Shown here piece after piece: positions 38,631-48,578 of a stretch of 64,000 nt of DNA. Made by a program: the position numbers and the translations under genes. Source of the DNA: Cyclobacteriaceae bacterium (lineage in GTDB: Bacteria; Bacteroidota; Bacteroidia; Cytophagales; Cyclobacteriaceae); NCBI GenBank assembly GCA_040216665.1, contig JAVJOQ010000012.1:20585-84584 (forward strand), in the 5' to 3' direction. Position 1 is the first letter of the stretch; every line of letters starts with the position of its first letter. The notes beneath the pieces are model-generated. The model ran no database searches, was not told the origin of the DNA, and saw nothing but the letters and a program-made list of their open reading frames with translations.

Positions 38631-40136
38631 CTACTTAGTTGTTAAGAACTTACGAATATCTGTAGCTAGTTTTACTAAGTCAGGTTCGTGAACATACATC
38701 ATATGTCCTGCTTCATAGTAGGTGAGTGTAACCTGATCTTTTAAAATACCATTACGCGCAAAAGTATATTCTGCATCAAAGAACGGGCATATCAGATCAT
38801 AATAACCACTGGCTACTAGCACTTTCAAATCTTTGTTTCTTCGCATGGAGTCACCCAACTTCCTGGCTACATTGACATAACTGGGCTCCCAATAGCGGCC
38901 ATCAGGTACGTCTCTCCATCTCCACTTTGAACCCAATTCACCATTAGAAGTAATATATGGCCTGTCCATTTCAACCTTAAGCTGACTAGATAAATAGTGG
39001 TTAAGGATAGCGCTGTAAGCCCCGCTAATGTTATAACTTGATGGGTCACCTAATGTGGCTCTGTCAGCTACATCATCGTATTCATCACCTTTGTATCTGC
39101 CATCCAACTGACCTATAGTGATTCCCTGATCCCTCAATAACTCTTTTCTGAATCGTGGCATCAACAATCTGATGTCTGCTTGCTCAACATACTTCTTTGA
39201 TAGTCCTGTAAAATATACTATTCGATCAGCGATATGACTTTTCTCTGCATCTGTTAATCGCGTTCCTTTATAGAGAGCTGACACGTATTCATCCAGTGCA
39301 AATTTTCGTGCTTCTTCAACAAATGCTTGCAATGTTTTTCCTTGGCCAGCCTTTTTGTGATACCATGCGGTAGCTGCCATACTGGGGAAGTAAGTCACAT
39401 AAGAAACGATATTATCGTGAGTAGAAGTTGAGCCTTGATAATCCAATGCCTGAGATATCAGAATCAATCCATTTAATGACATTTCCTGACCATCTCCTTC
39501 AAGTTCATAATTAACGGCAGCGGCCCTTGTCGTCCCAAAGCTTTCGCCCGCAATGTATTTGGGTGAATTCCATCTTTTATTCTTTGTTACCCACTCTCTC
39601 ATGAACGCAGCAATTGACCTTGCATCTTCCATCAATCCCCAATAATCCTCTGTCTTACCCTTGCCTATTACCCTGCTATAACCTGTTCCAACTGGATCTA
39701 TAAAGACCAAATCAGTAATGTCTAACATTCCATAGTTGTTATTTACAAGAGGATAGGGGGCCCCTCCATCATCCTGCGATGCATCACTGTCCACTTTGGT
39801 CACCTGAGGACCAAAGAAGCCCATATGAAGCCAAACAGATGCTGATCCAGGGCCTCCGTTGAAAACGAATGTGACTGGTCGATTTGTATTTTCGGGGCCA
39901 TCCAACTTATAAGTAACGGACCAAATGGAGGCGACAGATTCTCCATCACTATTTTTCAAATAGGTTTCTCCTGCAATCGCCTTATACTTTATAGCTTTTC
40001 CACCGAAGGTTCCCTGATGTGTTGTGGTAAATTCTTTTGCTAGCGGAATGGGTTTGGTTTCTTCTTTCTTCTGGTCCTGCGCATGAAGTGTAAAAGTGCA
40101 GTGTAAGATGAAGACAATAGTGTACACAGTTTTCAT
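38631..40136 (-). CDS. S10 family serine carboxypeptidase-like peptidase
   Basis: Signal peptide. Motifs FNGGPGSAS, nucleophile GESFGT, YYDLICP (Asp) and EAGHMMYVHEP (His). Confidence 0.8.
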   Translation of the reverse strand: MKTVYTIVFILHCTFTLHAQDQKKEETKPIPLAKEFTTTHQGTFGGKAIKYKAIAGETYLKNSDGESVASIWSVTYKLDGPENTNRPVTFVFNGGPGSASVWLHMGFFGPQVTKVDSDASQDDGGAPYPLVNNNYGMLDITDLVFIDPVGTGYSRVIGKGKTEDYWGLMEDARSIAAFMREWVTKNKRWNSPKYIAGESFGTTRAAAVNYELEGDGQEMSLNGLILISQALDYQGSTSTHDNIVSYVTYFPSMAATAWYHKKAGQGKTLQAFVEEARKFALDEYVSALYKGTRLTDAEKSHIADRIVYFTGLSKKYVEQADIRLLMPRFRKELLRDQGITIGQLDGRYKGDEYDDVADRATLGDPSSYNISGAYSAILNHYLSSQLKVEMDRPYITSNGELGSKWRWRDVPDGRYWEPSYVNVARKLGDSMRRNKDLKVLVASGYYDLICPFFDAEYTFARNGILKDQVTLTYYEAGHMMYVHEPDLVKLATDIRKFLTTK

Positions 40137-40296
40137 AGAAATAGTATTTGCTTCGAAGATGATAAAAATCAGCGAAAGTTAATCCCCGTTTTAATGAAAA
40201 TACTAATTCTGATTAATGTTTGCATTGATGGTGACTATTATCATTTTATTCCATGTACTATAATTCGTTATTGCAATAGACTAAATACGAACAACT

Positions 40297-41124
40297 ATGA
40301 AATCAATTCTTATACCTACCGACTTTTCTCAATATGCAAAAACTGCATTGAACACAGGTATTGCACTTGCAAAAAAGACAGGGGCTGAACTTCTGCTGCT
40401 GCATGTGTTTTCCGCTCCTTCGGATTGGAATCGTATATCTGTAGAGAAACAGCAGGAGTATCCTGAAAATGAAGCGCGCATGGTTGAGGCGGAGATAAAA
40501 ATGGAAAAGGTGCTTCAAGACAAAATGTTCAAAGGAGTGAAGGCTACCGGAGTTGTTCGGCCGGGTAATGTGCAAGAAGAAGTTTTAGCTATGACTAAAC
40601 TCTACAAATGTGACTTGATCATCATGGGTGCACACGGAGTAGGAGAGTCTCAGCGTTATTTTATAGGTTCTCATGCACAAAAAATACTCCGCACCAGCCC
40701 TTGCCCTGTTTTATCAGTAAAAAAAGATTTCAAACCTGCAGCAATGAAGAAAATTGTATTTGCCGCAGACTTTGAGGAGAATCTTAAGCAACCTTTTAAT
40801 AAGATTGTATCTTTTCTAAAGGCAACAGGGAGTTCTTTAACGCTTCTTTATATCAATACTCCTAGCAACTTTAAAGACACCCCTACGGTGGATAAAGCAA
40901 TGACCAAACTGATGGAGGCCTATCCTGATGTAAAAATGAAATGTGAAGTGTACAACGCATTGGATATTGAGAAAGGGCTGTTGACTTTTGCAGAGCAGAA
41001 CAAAGTGCAGGTTCTTGCTAAAGTAACTCACAACAGGGCCAGACGTGCAGGGTATGACTTTGGAATCACAGAAACCTTGCTGTACAAATCCAAAGTTCCC
41101 GTATTGAGTGTAATGGTCAACTGA
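40297..41124 (+). CDS. universal stress protein, tandem Usp domains
   Basis: Two Usp-like halves (ILIPTDFS...LLHV...MGAHG...GS....I......PVL and a second repeat ending VPVLSV). Confidence 0.85.
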   Translation: MKSILIPTDFSQYAKTALNTGIALAKKTGAELLLLHVFSAPSDWNRISVEKQQEYPENEARMVEAEIKMEKVLQDKMFKGVKATGVVRPGNVQEEVLAMTKLYKCDLIIMGAHGVGESQRYFIGSHAQKILRTSPCPVLSVKKDFKPAAMKKIVFAADFEENLKQPFNKIVSFLKATGSSLTLLYINTPSNFKDTPTVDKAMTKLMEAYPDVKMKCEVYNALDIEKGLLTFAEQNKVQVLAKVTHNRARRAGYDFGITETLLYKSKVPVLSVMVN

Positions 41125-41150
41125 CTCTTTTAACAATTGGACTTAGATGC

Positions 41151-41158
41151 TACATTTG
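41151..41158 (+). promoter_or_regulatory. -7 box TACATTTG upstream of the aminotransferase/GGT-like pair
   Basis: Exact TAnnTTTG match 19 nt upstream of ATG 41178. Confidence 0.35.
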
Positions 41159-41177
41159 GCAGAACTAATTCGTTCAC

Positions 41178-42428
41178 ATGCCAGTAAAGCATTATATCCA
41201 GACCCTAAGACCGTCAGCCACTCTGGCAATTAATGAGTATTCGAACGAGCTTATAAAACAAGGCAAAAAGGTTTATCGATTAGGATTCGGCCAATCTCCC
41301 TTTCCGGTTCCGGATGAAGTAGTAAAAGAACTGATCGCCCATGCGCATGAGAAAGATTATTTGCCTGTAAAAGGACTTTATGCTCTAAGGACAGCAGTGG
41401 CTGACTATCATTCATGCAGAACAAAGATGAGAGTCGTTCCGGAAGATGTGCTTATCGGTCCTGGTTCAAAGGAATTATTGTTTATCGCTCAGTTAAGTTT
41501 TGACGGGGATTTGATTGTGCCAGCGCCTAGTTGGGTTTCCTACTCACCTCAAGCTCAAATTACTCAAAAGGAATGTCTTTGGATTGATACTTCATCTTGC
41601 CCCAATAAATTGTTAGACGCTTTCATGTTGGAGTCTTTTTGCGCGTTGCATCCGGGTAGACGGTTTATGGTTATTCTCAATTATCCAAGTAATCCCACGG
41701 GTGCTACTTACACCATCGATCAATTAAAAGCCATTTCGGAAGTTGCAAGAAAATATAAGCTCCTGGTAATTTCTGACGAGATTTATGGAGAATTGACCCA
41801 TAAGGGAGATCATCGATCACTCACGGAATTTTATCCAGAAGGAACCATTGTTAGCTCTGGGCTAAGCAAGTGGTGCGGTGCGGGTGGCTGGAGATTGGGA
41901 ACCTTCACATTTCCTAAAGAACTTCGATGGTTGTTAGACGCTATGGCTGTAGTGGCCAGCGAAACATTTACAGCTACCAGTGCCCCCATTCAGTATGCTG
42001 CAGTGAAGGCGTTTGAATTTAGCCCAAACATTGAAACGTATGTTAACCACTCCAGATTTATACTGCAATACATCGCTCAATATGTATTTCGTGAATTGGC
42101 GTCCGTTGGCCTTACTATGCCTGAACCTCAAGGCGGATTTTACCTCTTTCCTGATTTTAAACAATTCAAAGAGAAGTTAAATAAAAGAGGAATCACCACT
42201 TCTTCTCAGTTGTGTAGGGCAATTTTAGAAGAAACAGGTGTTGCATTGTTACCTGGTGTTGACTTTGGACAATCACCAGAAGAATTATCGGCACGGTTAT
42301 CTTATGTGGATTTCGATGGCAAGAAAGCACTTGATTTGATGAAAAAGCATGGGCAAATCAATGATATGGATGAGGTGGCTCCAAATATAGTTCAGGCGTG
42401 TCAACAGTTAAAAAGATGGTTGTCATGA
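41178..42428 (+). CDS. class I/II pyridoxal-phosphate-dependent aminotransferase
   Basis: Fold-type I motifs NYPSNPTG, SDEIYGEL, and the PLP lysine context SGLSKWCGAGGWRLG. Confidence 0.85.
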   Translation: MPVKHYIQTLRPSATLAINEYSNELIKQGKKVYRLGFGQSPFPVPDEVVKELIAHAHEKDYLPVKGLYALRTAVADYHSCRTKMRVVPEDVLIGPGSKELLFIAQLSFDGDLIVPAPSWVSYSPQAQITQKECLWIDTSSCPNKLLDAFMLESFCALHPGRRFMVILNYPSNPTGATYTIDQLKAISEVARKYKLLVISDEIYGELTHKGDHRSLTEFYPEGTIVSSGLSKWCGAGGWRLGTFTFPKELRWLLDAMAVVASETFTATSAPIQYAAVKAFEFSPNIETYVNHSRFILQYIAQYVFRELASVGLTMPEPQGGFYLFPDFKQFKEKLNKRGITTSSQLCRAILEETGVALLPGVDFGQSPEELSARLSYVDFDGKKALDLMKKHGQINDMDEVAPNIVQACQQLKRWLS

Positions 42429-44035
42429 TTAAATTAAATGCTGTATTCACTCTACTATTAATCCTTGTCTCATGCAATAATCCGGATGCTGAACTGCAAT
42501 CTTACGCTGTGTCGGCTGCAACACCTGAAGCTACACAAGCAGGGATGGATGTTCTTGCTCAAGGTGGAAATGCTGTTGATGCTGCAGTTGCGGTCGCTTT
42601 TTCACTGGCGGTTACAGAGCCAGCAATGACAGGACTGGGTGCGGGTATACAGATGTTAGTAAGTATTCCCGGAAAGGAGCCATTTATTATCAATGGTACT
42701 ACTTACTCCCCAATGTCAACGCCAGTATCTGCGACAGAGGAAGATATTATATACCACAGAAGATCTACAATTCCTTCATTTGTTAAGACTTTGGGCTTTG
42801 CAAAGCGAAATTATGGAAGTGATGCACTGGTGTGGCGGCAATTATTAAATGCTGCAATTGACCAAGCAGTTAATGGATTTGAGATGGGAAGGTTCAGAGC
42901 AAAAGTTTATCAGCAATATGAAAAGCGCTTGTTAGAGTCGCCTTTCAATATGAGTCACTTTTTGATCAATGACAGTATACCTAAGATGGGCGATGTACTC
43001 AAGCAGCCATACCTCGGAAAAACACTTCAGCGTTTGGCTGATTTTGGTGCTGATGACTTTTACGATGGTGAGATTGCCTCCATTATTGCCAAGGATATGG
43101 CTGAAAACGGTGGCTGGATAACATTAAAAGATCTTAATGATTTCTCCGATCCGTCTGTTGTTCCTGCTTTGCAAACTACCTACAATAATTTCAAAGTGTT
43201 TACAAGCACTCCTCCATGTGGTGGATGGGTGGTCTTATTAACCTTAAACATACTTGAACAAATGGATGTAAGGGAGGAGCGGTATCAGCGCCTGATCAAG
43301 GCATTAGCATTGGCTCACGGTGAAAGAGATACTAATCCTATTAATAACATGGTTGACTACCAGGCAGAGGTTGCAACAAGAATATCAAAGGAAAAAGCCT
43401 CTGTACTAATAGGGGCATCATCAATGAACCTTGAGCAAAATCTAGACAATGGTTCAGGAGAGACCACTCACTTTTCAGTAGTTGATGGCAATGGCATGAC
43501 GGTGTCAGTAACAACCAGCATCAATGCTTATTTTGGTTCTCGTGCCGCCTCAAAAGAATTGGGGTTTATTTACAATAGCTACATGGAGGATTTTGTTTAT
43601 GGAAATGAAATGCATTCCTTTTCGGTTGGCCCCAACAAGATGGCCTACTCATCGATGTGCCCAACGGTTGTAAGGGACAAAGATGGGAATAATGTGCTTG
43701 CAACTGGTAGCCCTGGCAGTGCCAGGATCATTTCTACAGTTGCTCAAACCATTCAGTATTGGATGGATGTGAAGCAGGACATCAATGAAGCCATTAGTGC
43801 TCCGCGAGTTCATGTGAATGGAAACAAATCTTACCTTGAATTCGCTGAAGATGAACAAATGCAAAACTGGCTTATTGATAATGGATTCGACCTTACCAAA
43901 GTTAAAAACGAACTGGGGACTAAAAACCTGAACCCCTACTTTGGAGGTGTACATGCAGTCGCATTCGAAAATGGGTATTGGGTAAGTGCAGCTGATCCCA
44001 GAAGAGATGGAGTAGCAAAATCTGTGAAGCAATAG
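42425..44035 (+). CDS. gamma-glutamyltransferase family protein (divergent paralogue)
   Basis: ATG 42425 overlaps the upstream stop (ATGA) and gives a lipoprotein-type signal (LLLILVSC). Nucleophile site GETTHFSVVD. YSSMCPTVV. GSPGSARII in place of the TPGG motif. Confidence 0.8.
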   Translation: MIKLNAVFTLLLILVSCNNPDAELQSYAVSAATPEATQAGMDVLAQGGNAVDAAVAVAFSLAVTEPAMTGLGAGIQMLVSIPGKEPFIINGTTYSPMSTPVSATEEDIIYHRRSTIPSFVKTLGFAKRNYGSDALVWRQLLNAAIDQAVNGFEMGRFRAKVYQQYEKRLLESPFNMSHFLINDSIPKMGDVLKQPYLGKTLQRLADFGADDFYDGEIASIIAKDMAENGGWITLKDLNDFSDPSVVPALQTTYNNFKVFTSTPPCGGWVVLLTLNILEQMDVREERYQRLIKALALAHGERDTNPINNMVDYQAEVATRISKEKASVLIGASSMNLEQNLDNGSGETTHFSVVDGNGMTVSVTTSINAYFGSRAASKELGFIYNSYMEDFVYGNEMHSFSVGPNKMAYSSMCPTVVRDKDGNNVLATGSPGSARIISTVAQTIQYWMDVKQDINEAISAPRVHVNGNKSYLEFAEDEQMQNWLIDNGFDLTKVKNELGTKNLNPYFGGVHAVAFENGYWVSAADPRRDGVAKSVKQ

Positions 44036-44052
44036 TTTTCTGTAGAGTTACC

Positions 44053-45048
44053 TTAGATAGAAAGAATCTTAGCAATTCGCATTGACTCCGCATCAATTTT
44101 ATGCTGCTGATCAATCACCTTGTCATATGCGTTATATACAATTTTGTTTTCTTTAAAACCAACCATCACATTATTCTCATCATTAAGCAGCCCTTCCACT
44201 GCTGCAACTCCCATTTTACTTGCAAGCACGCGATCGAAATAAGTTGGAGACCCGCCTCGCTGTTGATGACCCAGTATGGTCACCTTTATGTCAAAGTAAT
44301 CTGATCTTTCTGAAATTTTTCTGGCGAGCTCATTTGCACCTCCCAGTTTTGAACCTTCGCCCACGACCACCAAGTTAGATTTCTTACCCGTTTCTCTACC
44401 GGATTCAAGAAGATTAAATAAATCATCAAAAGTCATGTCTTCCTCAGGCAAGATAATGGCTCCTGCACCTCCTGCAATACCACTGTTCAACGCTATGTAG
44501 CCGGAATTTCTCCCCATCACTTCAATAAAAAATAACCGGTTATGGGAGAGTGCGGTATCTCTAATTCTGTCAATGGCTTGCACCGCGGTGTTGGTGGCTG
44601 TATCATAGCCTATGGTATAATCAGTCCCTGCAATATCATTATCTATTGTGCCGGGGATACAAACCGTAGGTATTTCAAACTCATTGGAGAAATAATGTAA
44701 TCCCTTAAACGTACCATCACCTCCAATTGCTACCAGCGCATCAATACCATTTTTCTTCAGGTTGTCAAATGCCTTAACTCTTCCTTCTTTCGTCCTGAAT
44801 TCTTTGCTGCGAGCAGTTTTTAGAATTGTGCCACCCCGCTGAAGAATATTGCCCACTGATCTTGCTCCAAGTTTTACGATGTCACCATCAATCATTCCTT
44901 CATAGCCCCTCATTATTCCATACACTTCTTTCTGATAGTATATTCCAGCGCGAACCACCGCTCTTATACCCGCATTCATTCCAGGGGCATCACCTCCAGA
45001 TGTAAAAACTCCTAGCTTTTTAATTTTATTCAATTTTTTCATTGACAT
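44053..45048 (-). CDS. pfkA: ATP-dependent 6-phosphofructokinase
   Basis: Motifs TSGGDAPGMNA, IGGDGT, PGTIDND, MGR, GHQQRGG. Confidence 0.95.
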   Translation of the reverse strand: MSMKKLNKIKKLGVFTSGGDAPGMNAGIRAVVRAGIYYQKEVYGIMRGYEGMIDGDIVKLGARSVGNILQRGGTILKTARSKEFRTKEGRVKAFDNLKKNGIDALVAIGGDGTFKGLHYFSNEFEIPTVCIPGTIDNDIAGTDYTIGYDTATNTAVQAIDRIRDTALSHNRLFFIEVMGRNSGYIALNSGIAGGAGAIILPEEDMTFDDLFNLLESGRETGKKSNLVVVGEGSKLGGANELARKISERSDYFDIKVTILGHQQRGGSPTYFDRVLASKMGVAAVEGLLNDENNVMVGFKENKIVYNAYDKVIDQQHKIDAESMRIAKILSI

Positions 45049-45114
45049 AAATATAGCCAGGTGTACTTAAGTGTCATTGGCGTTTGCATAAAAGCATGAA
45101 ATATTAAATCAAAG

Positions 45115-46407
45115 CTAAGCAGAACCACTTGCATTGAGAGGTAGGGCAATAGTAAAAGAACTACCTTTTCCTACTTCTGATATAATTTTGATGCTACCTT
45201 TTAAATTATTGAGCGTCTCACGCACCAAGTACAGGCCAAGACCAGACCCTGTACTAGTTTCGTGAGCACGATAAAACATAGCAAATATTTTTTCGTGATG
45301 TGATGGTGAGATACCAATTCCGTTGTCTTTGAATTCAATTGAGACAGAGTGGGATTCTAACGAAGCGTTGATGTGTAAGGCACACTTTTCTTTACTTTTA
45401 TCTCTATATTTAATGGCATTTGAAATCAGATTGGTGAGGACAATTCGTATTCTCATTAAGTCTCCATTCATTTCAATATTTTCGAGGCCGGTGCACCTGA
45501 TAGTAACCAAATTGGCACCCTCCATATATTTCAGTTCATGAATTATTTTTTGAATTTCTTCATTAAGAGCTATAAGGGTATGCTCTGCTTCATGCCTTGC
45601 GTTTTTGGCGTAGTCGATGATTTCTTTTATAAAAAGATCCATTGCGGTAATCCGACCATGCATCATTTTCAAATATTCCTTTTTTAAGGAGTCATCAGGT
45701 TCTAATTCAGTCAAATGAATTAATCCAAGTAATGAACTAAGCGGTGCACGTAAATCATGTGAAGAGCTGTAGATAAAACGGTCAAGTTCTTTATTGATTT
45801 TGAGCAATTCTGAATTTTGTCTTTTGAGGTCTTCCTTTTTTAAATAGTTTCCTTTCAGAAGAAGAATTACCAGGTAGGCTGTTACATAACTAAATACCGT
45901 CAGGTTGAATAATGAAATTAGACTCACCTCATCTGAAGTAAAGTCGCGCACAGGTAAGAGCGTATAGCTGCTAAACCGTGCAAGCGCATACAACGAGAAC
46001 GAGTAAACTATAAAACCGAAGGACTTTATTCTTTCATTATAATCATAAAGTACGAGCGCGCCTATTCCTCCGGTTATGAAATACAGATTAACATTTGTAA
46101 GATGAGTTTCGCTTGAGGCAACAAGATAAACTACTGTATTGAAGCCCGTCAGGCCAAATATTTTCGCGAAATTTAATTTATTTGCTTTGACCAGGAAGTA
46201 GGATACAACTGAAATGAAGGCAAACATTGCAAAAACTGGCCATGGTGCGTTGAACCCATAAATTATATACAGCGCGAAATAGGCAACTGTAACCACCATC
46301 ATTATGATGGCTAATCGAGATATGAGATTGGCATGTTGCAAATTCTCATTGACCAAATTTCCAGGTGTTGATAATTGGTAATTATTTGAAGAGTCAGTGC
46401 GGGACAA
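45115..46407 (-). CDS. membrane sensor histidine kinase (no response regulator nearby)
   Basis: About 6 N-terminal TM helices, a coiled coil, H-box SSSHDLRAPL, N-box LISNAIKY, G-boxes DNGIGI and GSGLGLY. Confidence 0.85.
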   Translation of the reverse strand: MSRTDSSNNYQLSTPGNLVNENLQHANLISRLAIIMMVVTVAYFALYIIYGFNAPWPVFAMFAFISVVSYFLVKANKLNFAKIFGLTGFNTVVYLVASSETHLTNVNLYFITGGIGALVLYDYNERIKSFGFIVYSFSLYALARFSSYTLLPVRDFTSDEVSLISLFNLTVFSYVTAYLVILLLKGNYLKKEDLKRQNSELLKINKELDRFIYSSSHDLRAPLSSLLGLIHLTELEPDDSLKKEYLKMMHGRITAMDLFIKEIIDYAKNARHEAEHTLIALNEEIQKIIHELKYMEGANLVTIRCTGLENIEMNGDLMRIRIVLTNLISNAIKYRDKSKEKCALHINASLESHSVSIEFKDNGIGISPSHHEKIFAMFYRAHETSTGSGLGLYLVRETLNNLKGSIKIISEVGKGSSFTIALPLNASGSA

Positions 46408-46463
46408 TTTCTGGCGGATTTATAAACGAAACTCAATATATTTTTTATTAGCTTAGTTAAGAA

Positions 46464-47381
46464 ATGAAACGACTGAATTTTGCTCTATTATTCTTGTTTG
46501 CCTTTTCGCAACGATTAGATGCGCAACAGACTGCCGATGTATCTTATCTTCCAAGCATAAGCCATCCTGCCTATCCTTCAGGAGATGGATCAGTTGTATT
46601 CATCGATGAAGGACATCATAATTTTCATACGAAAGAGGGTCGGTATGCATCTTTTACCAAATTACTTGAACGAGATGGTTATCAAGTGAAAGCTTTTAAG
46701 ACTTTGTTTGAAAAAGAGACGCTGGCCAGCGGTAAAATTCTTGTGATTTCTAATGCGCTCAATGAAGTTAATGTTGGTAGTTGGATATTACCTAACCCTT
46801 CAGCCTTTACAGTAGATGAAATAGTGACATTGAAAAAGTGGGTGGAAGAGGGGGGAAGCCTTTTTCTGATTGCCGATCATATGCCATTGGCAGGTGCGGC
46901 AGCTGATCTTGCAAGTGCATTCGGATTTGAGTTCACCAACGGTTTTGTCATGTTCAATGGTGGTAGTATTCCTTCCTTGTTTTCTTTGGATACGGGCACC
47001 CTTTTACCCTCTGTGATTACAAAGGGGAGGGAGAGCACAGAGCAAATCAACGAGGTGGCAACATTTACCGGACAGGCATTTCAAATTCCAAAAGAAGCAA
47101 CTTCTGTCTTGCAATTTGGAAATGATCATATTAACCTGCTTCCTGACACTGCATGGCGATTTAATGATAACACAAAAAAACAAAGTGTTGAAGGATGGTC
47201 TCAGCTAGCTTATATGAAATTGGCTAAGGGAAGGCTTGTTGTATCAGGGGAAGCGGCCATGTTCTCCGCACAATTGGCGGGGTCTGAGAAAAGAAAAATG
47301 GGTATGAATTCTCCTCTGGCAACTCAAAATTATCAACTCCTCTTGAATATTATGCATTGGTTGGACGGCTTAATCGATTGA
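46464..47381 (+). CDS. secreted hypothetical protein (DUF4350/ThuA-like appearance)
   Basis: Signal peptide (LLFLFAFSQRLDAQ). The pattern VLVISN....FT..E...L..WV..GGSLFLIADH resembles GATase1-like DUF4350 proteins. The assignment is tentative. Confidence 0.5.
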   Translation: MKRLNFALLFLFAFSQRLDAQQTADVSYLPSISHPAYPSGDGSVVFIDEGHHNFHTKEGRYASFTKLLERDGYQVKAFKTLFEKETLASGKILVISNALNEVNVGSWILPNPSAFTVDEIVTLKKWVEEGGSLFLIADHMPLAGAAADLASAFGFEFTNGFVMFNGGSIPSLFSLDTGTLLPSVITKGRESTEQINEVATFTGQAFQIPKEATSVLQFGNDHINLLPDTAWRFNDNTKKQSVEGWSQLAYMKLAKGRLVVSGEAAMFSAQLAGSEKRKMGMNSPLATQNYQLLLNIMHWLDGLID

Positions 47382-47519
47382 ATCTAAGTTATGGATGAGT
47401 CATTGGAAGGATATTTAGTACGCATTGATTTTAGAGCCCTTTTGGGATAAAACAGATATTTAGCAACCACCGATGCTTATTTGCCGTAAGCCCAATAATA
47501 CCTAGTCCTTTTTATTCGC

Positions 47520-48566
47520 ATGACCGATTGGATGATTTTAATGGCTGCAGTAAGTGCTGTGGCGGTGACGCAAAGCCTTTTTCTGGGCGCTATTAATATT
47601 GTAAATGGAAGAAGGGGAGCTCAAAGTAGTATCTATTTGGGCTTGTTGCTTATTGCACTTGGTATACGTGTAGCAAAGTCGCTTGTGTATTACTACTGGA
47701 CAGGTATTGCCATTGTTGGCGTTGCCCTTGGAGGCGCAGGGCTATGGGCTGCAGGCCCTTCCTTATTTTTGTATTTGAGATCATCTACCGGAAAAGTGAT
47801 ATCACGCAACGAAAATATACTTTACTACCTACCGGCAGTACTTGTTTTCATTTTGGGATCTACTATTTTTAAAATGCAGTGGATGAGATTAGTCTATCTG
47901 TCTGGATGCTGCGTGGTGATCATCGGATTAGTAGCTTCATTTGTCATTTATCAAAGACATAAATCTAATGACAAGAACCACTGGTTGCTTGCTGTTCAAT
48001 TAGGTGTATTGGTTATGATTACCATGTTTATCTACCAACTGTATTCTCCCAACATTCAAGCCTACGCATGGGGAGCGATAGTAGCTTCGGTAGTATTGTA
48101 TTTTATCAATTTCAAGGGAATGGGATTGCATCGGGTGGCGACAACAGTGCAATCTTCTAAAAGCCAGGTGGATGAGAATCAGTTACAAACGATAGAAAAT
48201 GAGCTTACTCGGGTTTTTGAAAGAGAACACATCTATAGGGAACAAAAACTTACTCTGTCAAAGTTGGCCGAACGAGTAAATACACCTCAGTACTTACTTC
48301 GAAAAGCTATTCAGCAATTGCACAATAAAAATTTCAATGACTTTATCAATGAGTACCGAATTGCTGAATTATGTGGTCGTCTAGAGCGCGACAATAAGTA
48401 TACCATTGAAGCTATGGCATCGGAAGTGGGATTTACCAGTAACTCCACTTTTTATGAAGCTTTTCGCAAGGTGATGGGGTGCACGCCTGCTGAATATCGA
48501 AAAAAAATTACAACAGATAAGTATTCGGATAATCTTGGGGCGTTAACGCGAAGTCAACCTATTTAA
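47520..48566 (+). CDS. membrane-anchored AraC family transcriptional regulator
   Basis: About 6 N-terminal TM helices, then a C-terminal AraC-type double HTH (LSKLAERVNTPQYLLRKAI...EVGFTSNSTFYEAFRKVMGCTPAEYR). Confidence 0.8.
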   Translation: MTDWMILMAAVSAVAVTQSLFLGAINIVNGRRGAQSSIYLGLLLIALGIRVAKSLVYYYWTGIAIVGVALGGAGLWAAGPSLFLYLRSSTGKVISRNENILYYLPAVLVFILGSTIFKMQWMRLVYLSGCCVVIIGLVASFVIYQRHKSNDKNHWLLAVQLGVLVMITMFIYQLYSPNIQAYAWGAIVASVVLYFINFKGMGLHRVATTVQSSKSQVDENQLQTIENELTRVFEREHIYREQKLTLSKLAERVNTPQYLLRKAIQQLHNKNFNDFINEYRIAELCGRLERDNKYTIEAMASEVGFTSNSTFYEAFRKVMGCTPAEYRKKITTDKYSDNLGALTRSQPI

Positions 48567-48578
48567 TAAACCTGCTAA

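Noticed and set aside
40194-40388. 64-aa plus-strand ORF upstream of and overlapping the universal stress protein gene
   Set aside because: It is Cys/Ile/Asn-rich, AT-driven sequence that overlaps the real Usp start. It is most likely a promoter region.
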